A model generated the notes under the pieces. It saw only the letters and a list, made by a program, of their open reading frames with translations. It had not been told where the DNA came from and did not search any database. The translations under genes were made by a program, and so were the position numbers. From assembly GCA_012295275.1 (NCBI GenBank), contig CM022674.1, positions 4,154,001-4,218,000 of the forward strand: 64,000 nt of DNA, given 5' to 3'. The first letter of the stretch is position 1. Every line of letters starts with the position of its first letter. Shown one piece after another: positions 55,921-64,000 of this stretch. This DNA is from Chrysomallon squamiferum. Taxonomy: Eukaryota; Animalia; Mollusca.

Positions 55921-56890
55921 ACACACACACAAAAGATTTAGTTAACATACGCACATACACATATACATTTACATACATAAATAGATAACTATACACACAC
56001 CTTTATAACTACAGAAAGACAGACAGACAAACAGACAAAGGGAATGTCAGAGTTGGATGAATGATATACATACACACAGACAGATATCAAACAGAGATCA
56101 AATGGAAATTAATAGATGAATAACTTGCAGACACGTACAGAATGTTGTACAGACTGATTAATGGATACTTAAACAAGTAACTGTATGAGGAATGACATAG
56201 GTGGACAATATCAACAGCAAAGTCACAAATGAAAGAGAAACAGAGAGTTAGTTAAATACAGCGATGGGTAAGTACAATACATAAACGGAATGACAAAAAA
56301 AAAAACTTCTAGTTATAAAAAACACACATATTCGTCACAGTTGGATAGATCAATGTATTAGCAGGTACTTAATTACCATTAATACATACAGGGGTGTACT
56401 CTTTAATTAATTAACTACACCTAAACTGATACATTTATAAACTTTTCCTTTTGACTTTTTTTTTTTTTTTTTTTTTTGCTGCTACGATTATGAAGTCCAT
56501 TACACGTGAATGCGTAAAGAAAAAAAAAAAAAAAAAAAAAAAAATGACACAGACTAATTAAAGTTTATTTGATTAATATTTATCTACTCTCCATTTACAG
56601 CAAGATTGGATTAAACTTCTGACCTTGACCTTTTAACTGCCAACAGAACAGTCTAATATTTTCACGTCTGATTACGCTTTTGACCTCATTTGCTACACGG
56701 CTTGGCCTTTGACCTTTCGGTTACGTAGGTCAGGGAGGGAGTAATTATGTTAATTAACTAGCAGACGGGAGAACTGATATAGACTGAGATTTTGTTCTCG
56801 TTAATACGGTCTCGAATTTTCGATGATTTTATTTGGCTCATTCTAAGTGTAATTTTAGTTTGAATACATAATAATTTATTGATAATCAGA

Positions 56891-56948
<58 letters not shown>

Positions 56949-57009
56949 ATATATATATAATTAATAAATTATAGTTAATGTACAGTAGATTAAAACGAAT
57001 AACAATAAT

Positions 57010-57078
<69 letters not shown>

Positions 57079-57615
57079 TAATAACAACAACAACAAGTAA
57101 TAGCAATAAGAACAACAGTATCAATAATAATAACACCAGTAAAATTCAACAATAATAAATATCACAAAGATAAAAGTTCAAACAAGCCCTTCGCTAATTA
57201 ATGAATAATTAACAAAAATAAAAATACTTAAATACAAAAGTCATAAATAAAATGAATACAGTTACAGGTGGAACTAAAACTGCGATATGAATAAATAATC
57301 TAAAAATATGTTTCATACTTCCAAGTTATGATTCTGTTGTTTTTTAAGGGCGAACTGATCTCATTAATGATACAATAAAACATATATATATATATATATA
57401 TATATAATGCACGTCACATATCTCGATAATAAAATAATACTTTCGTAAAACACTTCAAGTGGAATCGTGACGTCACTGCGCACGAGGCGGCCTCATAGTG
57501 GAACTTTTTCTGATGAAACGAAAGTTGAAAAAATCTTTAGAATAAATTGGCCCATTGTATGCGGTGACATCTTTATTTATCATCTTTTTTTTCCTTTTTT
57601 TTTTTTTTTTTAATA

Positions 57616-57676
<61 letters not shown>

Positions 57677-59173
57677 ACTTTGTTTTTACTATGTTTTCCA
57701 AATGAAATATATATAACATGGAAGTATGAAGAATATAATATTATTTAGACTAATTTAATGCACACACACATTACACAACAAAAGTCAGTACAATTTCTAC
57801 TGGACTCAGGAGGCTAAAATCAGGTCAAGTTTTGCACTGATTGTAACTGAAATACTTTTGTTATATAAATAATGGAGAAACGGGATAGAAAGGGTTAACA
57901 CTGAAGTGATAGGACAACCGGAACTGATTGGATAAATGACGTCATCTGTTTTTTTTTTTTTACTGGCGTCTAATCAGTTCGTGACAATAAAGTGTTAGAC
58001 ATTGTTGGATGAGAAGCTAAATTTAGAATATTACTTGATGAAATCAATTTGAAATATGTGTTAAAATACTGACAGTTTGATTAAAGCTTTCTTTGTGGGT
58101 CTTATATCAGCAAAATGATGTGTTTGTGTGTGGGCATGTGGGTGTACATATGTGTGTGTGTATGTATGTATGTATGTATGTATGTATGTACGTACGTACG
58201 TACGTATGTATATGTATATATATATGTGTGTGTTTGTGTATGAATGTATATATGTATGAGTATATATATATATATATATATGAATGTATGTATGTATGTA
58301 TGTATGTATGTATGTATGTATGTATAAATGTAGGAGTCTGCATGTATGTGCATATTTATCTTTATCTCTGTCACATGATACACGAATCAAAAGTTTCAAA
58401 GTTTGTTCTTAAGTTTCCTTTTCAGATCGCCAAAAGGAAAGAAAGAAAAAGAAGAAGAAGAAGAAAAAAAAAAATATAACAAAAAAAAAATTAAAATTAA
58501 AATAAAAAAATACAAAATTAAAATAAAATTCTACTCAATTTGCCTTCGCACTCTTTACCCTCTTCAGTCCAGAAAAAACCTCCCAAAACTTTTTATTTTA
58601 TCTTATTTTTAAATTTTTTTTTTTTTTTAATTCTTTTATCTTTGAAAATATTTTAAGCTTTGTTAACAAAGTGACACATTTTAGCAAGGGGAAAATGGCG
58701 CACTTTAATAAATAAAAATTTGAATCTATCGCTCCCGGCAACTTGACATTTTTATGCCTCTCTCCGAATCGGCGGCTTGAAAAGCACCGACGAACGCAAA
58801 AATATGATGACATCAAGCTGGTGAATAGAGGCAGAAAATTGCTCGGTGTTGGCTTAGATATACGGCGTGCAATTTTCTCCACTTAAATCAGGGAAAGAAG
58901 TGTGTTCTAGAGATCGCTTCTTTTTTTTTTTTTTGTAGCCAGGGGCTGTTGTCAGTTTTGATGTTTCAGATGGCCAGCTCGGTGATTAAGTTATAACAGC
59001 TTGGCATTGTAGGTGTCGAGTTATGTAAGTTCTTTGATGCTTTTTCTTTGTTTGTGTGTTTGTGTGTTGCGGTCTTCGTAGACGTTGGTGATTGGAGTTT
59101 GGTTTATGGAAGTTATCGAGTGCTGTGAGGTGTCGTCAGTGTTTTAGGGTTTGCAAGAGAATGTGGAAGAAAC

Positions 59174-59214
<41 letters not shown>

Positions 59215-59292
59215 TGTGTGTGTGTGTGTGTGTGTGTCGGCGTGTGTGTGTGTGTATGTGTGTGTTTATAAGTGATAGATTGTCGGAAATTT

Positions 59293-59397
59293 TTCTTATT
59301 TTCAAAAACATATCGATAAAGACAGATTCATAGGTTATAGATACAGATATAGATATGAAATGGATATCTAATAACATAGCAATCATTTCTAACTTTA

Positions 59398-59431
<34 letters not shown>

Positions 59432-59440
59432 CAAACATAA

Positions 59441-59471
<31 letters not shown>

Positions 59472-59601
59472 CAAACATAAATACATACATACAGATAGAT
59501 AGATTGATAGATAACCTCATTATAACATTCTTATTTTCAAAAACATATCGATAAAGACAGATTCATAGATTATAGATACAGATATAGATATGAAATGGAT
59601 A
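59293..59601. repeat. 74-bp near-perfect direct duplication (59293-59366 and 59528-59601) flanking a (CATA)n tract
   Basis: One mismatch seen between the copies; offset 235 bp. Confidence 0.85.
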
Positions 59602-59966
59602 GATTACATACATTCATACATATGTAAGTACATACAAATACACACTTTTTACAACAATATATCATAACACAATTCGTCTTTCTTTTATCATTTCATTCGT
59701 CCAAAACAATCTTTCCCATTCTTTCGTGGCATCTTTCTTTCATTCCCGCATCTCCATAATGTACTGCATTTAATTATCCACACCGAAAACTCGACAACAC
59801 GGACACCTTCTAACAAAATAAGAACGAGGTCAACAAAGGTCAAGTACGTTTGTCGTGGGCAATTGGTGACGATTTCCCGAAGGACAGGCCACGTCTTGAA
59901 ACCAAGTAAACGTGTGTGTGCTTTATATTCTGTTTTCAAAAACAGTTTAGTTATTTCAGAAAAGGA

Positions 59967-60111
<145 letters not shown>

Positions 60112-61337
60112 ACAGTGGCCTTAGAATGACCCGTAAGTGTTGACCACTGGTTAAACATTAGTGACGTTCAATCTAGACTTCTGCGTTAAAGAGATAGCCA
60201 GCCAGTGTGTTTGCAGAATCGTCGTGAAAATAATAAATGTTGATGTGGAGCCAAGTGTGTGTGTGGTTTGCAGAATCGTTGTTGTGAAAATAATAAATGT
60301 TGATGTAGTGGTGATGATGAAATAGTGGTGATAGTAGAGAATGGAAAAATATTGTGTAATCGTTGTTGACAGTATTAATGGTAGTAGTAGTAGTAGCAGT
60401 AAGAGTAGTTGTAGTTATGTTGTAGTAGTAGTTGTAGCAGTGGTGTATGGTGATGCTAGTAGTGGACAATAGTAGGTAATAATATAAAAATATTGGTAGT
60501 AATAGTAGTAGTGTCTACAGTAGCATTGGTAGTTGACTATACTAGTAGTAGTAGTAGTAGAAGTAGTAGTAGTAGTAGTAGGAATTACAGTTGTAGCAGT
60601 CGTTGGAAAGTTGTTGTGCAGAAATCCAGCAAACGAAGCTTGTAGCAACAGTAGTAGTTTACGACCAGATGGCTAAAACAAAACAACATTTCAGTAAAAT
60701 GTTTAACTTTTAACGTTTTCCATCTACGTCCGGATGTAATCGTCACATCGGGGGCATTCTGGGAATCTTGAGATTTCCAAGATCCTGCAAAACCAACCCG
60801 CCTTTGCTGATTATAATTAGTTATAAAACGAAAGGCTTTAAATCAAAGAAATATTTCTGTTTTTGTTTTTCGATGCAAGAAGGTCAGAGAAATAAAAATT
60901 TCCCAAGAGCTTTAAGTTCACCGAAACAAGTAAGGCTAGAACCTTTGCAAGATTAGCAACACATAGGTCTGCAACTGGCTGTGGATAAGAAAAATGGATG
61001 AATGAATGATAGTCACGCTATATTTAAGATTTTAGGCCAAGATTTGTAAAAAACTGTGAGCACAGACATAACAGTTTGTCTTTTAGATTAAAAGAAACAG
61101 GAAAAAAGGGTGAATACAGCGCACTTGTTAATTAAAACGAACATAATCGTCCTGGGCCATGTTTCATTAGAATGTGATAAATTATTTTCAATACGATACA
61201 CGATCTACCACGTTAATACGATTATCGAATGGCATCACAATGGCTGAAGGGAAGGAGGGAACGAGAGAAAGAGAAATAAAAAGAAGAGGAAAGTAACGAA
61301 GATCACAAATAAGCTGGCAGAAAATACAGGAAGAGGG

Positions 61338-61425
<88 letters not shown>

Positions 61426-63042
61426 CTAAGGCGATAATACTCGTGTTAATTACCAATAATTTCCTGATATCCATTACGAAAGCAAATAAAATTTTCAAAT
61501 GTCACTATTGTCTTTCTTTAAAGAACACCATCTAGCAATTCTTAAAAGACGGGATCGAAATGTGAGACAGAAACTCGAAAACTTACAGTTTGTTGTAAGT
61601 ACTGCAATAACACACCATTTGATCACGTGTCTGTACAGACGGCAATAAAAAAAAAAAAAAATGGCCGCGCCGAACAACAACAAGGGACTTATGTCCGAGG
61701 CTCGCCTGATTTACATTACAATCTGTGAATTTTCAAACACCGACCATCTCACGTCGTTATGATTGATTTTGTCGTCGCACTCATTCGAATAACAAGTTAA
61801 ATCTTGCCAGCAGCCGCGGTCCAGTCAGGTTTGCTATTAGTCGAAACTCGGATAATTACGTTTAATTCCGGCAATCCTGACGGAGACCCGAAGAATACCG
61901 AACGGTAATTTTTTTTTTTCATTTATCGGTCTAAAAATAGCTCTGGTCATGGCCGAATATGGCTTTGTATTTAACGTCAATAACCTGGAGGTGATGATAG
62001 ATGAAAAAAAAGAGTGAGGGAGAAGAAGAAAAAAGAAACATAATAAAAAAGATGAAATGGATATGGATCCAACGAAAGATAATGAAAAAATTATTTTGCG
62101 TCAAGCGATATTTCATCCGTTATCGGGGATTATATGTTTTGTTATAATTTGTATATGACACATTATCGCCTTGCCTACTGAATAAGGGTAATACGTGGGA
62201 AAATGAAAAAAAAAAAAAAAAAAAAAATCTACAACAGAAGGTGGAAAAGATGCACTAGAAAAAAAAGAAAAAAAGATGATAATAAAGAACGTTACAGAAC
62301 AACAACGCTGATAAGAAAAAAACAAAACAAAAGAAAGAAATAAACAAAAAAGAACAATAAAAAATCGAAACAAATCTGAAAAAAGGACACAGATGAAGAA
62401 AAAGAAAACAAAGACGTAGAATAAAATAAAAATACTGAAGAAGGTATATATGTATAAAGTATATACGGAAGAAGGAGAAGAAGAAAAAGAAGAAAATAAG
62501 AAAGAAGAAGACACAAGCGACACCTTAAGTTTCTCACAGTGACTTCGAAGCTTATTTAGAATTATTCAGAATGTTTTTTTTATCTACGACTTTGCATCAC
62601 TATTCATTTCTTTTGTTAACGACTTCATGAAACCACTCACGTAAAAGCAAACACATTTAATTACAGCGCATGTTATGATAGTCATTGTTATGATAGTCAT
62701 TGCATAATAATAATAAAAAAATAATAATAAATGACAGTAACCAAAAATGACAATAAAAGAACAAAAAAGCAACAAAACATAATATCGGTACTATTGCAAC
62801 TACCACTACAACTACTACTGCAACTAATATTACTGTTACTGCTGATACTGCTACTACTACTACTCCATGATAACTCCATGACAACATAAAGATGGCAAGA
62901 TGACGAACAACAACAATAGCACCAACACCATCATCTCTAACAGTAGTAACATACAGAGAAAAGAAGAAGAAGAAAAACAACAAGAAAAACAACAACAAAA
63001 CCACCACCACCACCAACAACAACAACGACGACGACGACGACG

Positions 63043-63090
<48 letters not shown>

Positions 63091-63110
63091 CCAACAACAA
63101 CAACAACAAC

Positions 63111-63151
<41 letters not shown>

Positions 63152-63620
63152 TAATAACAAAATAAATAAACGAAACGGAATGAAAACGACAAAAGAACAA
63201 ACAAAAATCCAGATACAATTTGCCGGCAGCCAAGAACGCGAATATCTCAACCAGCAGAGCATTCACCGAGGTGTCATCGAGACATGTTAGGAGATAATAA
63301 TAACGGATATGAGGTCAGATGCTACGTCATTCACCCCGACCTTATCAATGGCAGACGGCAACGAAGCGTATTAAAAAATTACTTCGAGTACAACGCCACG
63401 CTCTGCCAGCTAGTTCGTCTAAACTGCTTCAGTGAACAACACGAATCAATCAAGCCGCCATGACAGGGCCTCGGCGGTCGTATTCGAACGTGACGCCCGT
63501 GCAAACAGTGCAAGACAAAAGTGACTGGAATAAAACCGCGAATAATTTGATGGTGCTGCTGCTGCTTAAAGGCCGGATTAGAGTTTTTGTAAGCACGGTT
63601 TAAGAAGATAACGGATTTAC

Positions 63621-63690
63621 CTGATCCGGTTTTATCTCTCTGGTGAAAGTCAGAGGTTTCTGGCAACGACAGATGTGTCGAACTCATTGT
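63621..63690 (-). CDS. Probable penultimate coding exon of the same minus-strand gene
   Basis: ctacattcag acceptor (63691-63692), CAG|GTAAAT donor (63619-63620), 70 bp, phase 0/1; TMSSTHLSLPETSDFHQRDKTGS; joins exon 54388 in frame. Confidence 0.58.
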
Positions 63691-63770
63691 CTGAATGTAG
63701 TATGAAATATAACTTCCATCAAAATCCATACAAAAAAGTATTAGAGACATTTAAAGAAGAAAATGACAAA

Positions 63771-63802
<32 letters not shown>

Positions 63803-63889
63803 ACCAAAAAATGAAAGAAAAAAAGAAGAAGTTTAGGATTTCAGAAAAAAGAAGAAATGCCTTCCATATATATAAAATTAAATATTTTT

Positions 63890-63973
<84 letters not shown>

Positions 63974-64000
63974 GTCTGTATATACTCACACGCACAAACA

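Noticed and set aside
58598-58882. 94-aa minus-strand ORF inside the third gene's intron
   Set aside because: No convincing splice sites or motif seen; possibly regulatory.

Overview
AT-rich, microsatellite-dense eukaryotic (animal, probably molluscan) genomic DNA with spliceosomal GT-AG introns. Nearly all ORFs in the supplied track are simple-repeat artefacts. Three intron-containing genes can be reconstructed by hand. (1) The 5' half of an SLC2A/GLUT facilitative sugar transporter on the minus strand: six phase-consistent coding exons from 7362 down to 1, with an unusually long, Thr-rich first extracellular loop carrying four N-glycosylation sequons. (2) A five-coding-exon plus-strand gene (17457-35752), divergent from the GLUT gene and not recovered as a single ORF in the track. 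It encodes an unrecognised ~153-aa protein with an N-terminal CxCC cluster, LIR-like motifs and uORFs, and is the most interesting item here. (3) The last two coding exons of an unidentified minus-strand gene (63690-54228). The window also holds degenerate MetaSINE/MESC-like SINE remnants, a decayed inverted-repeat element, several minisatellites (one carrying a CRE palindrome in most units), a window-wide excess of TGACGTCA, and an orphan CCAAT/CpG-rich promoter-like island near 47 kb. All calls come from manual reading; no database searches were run.
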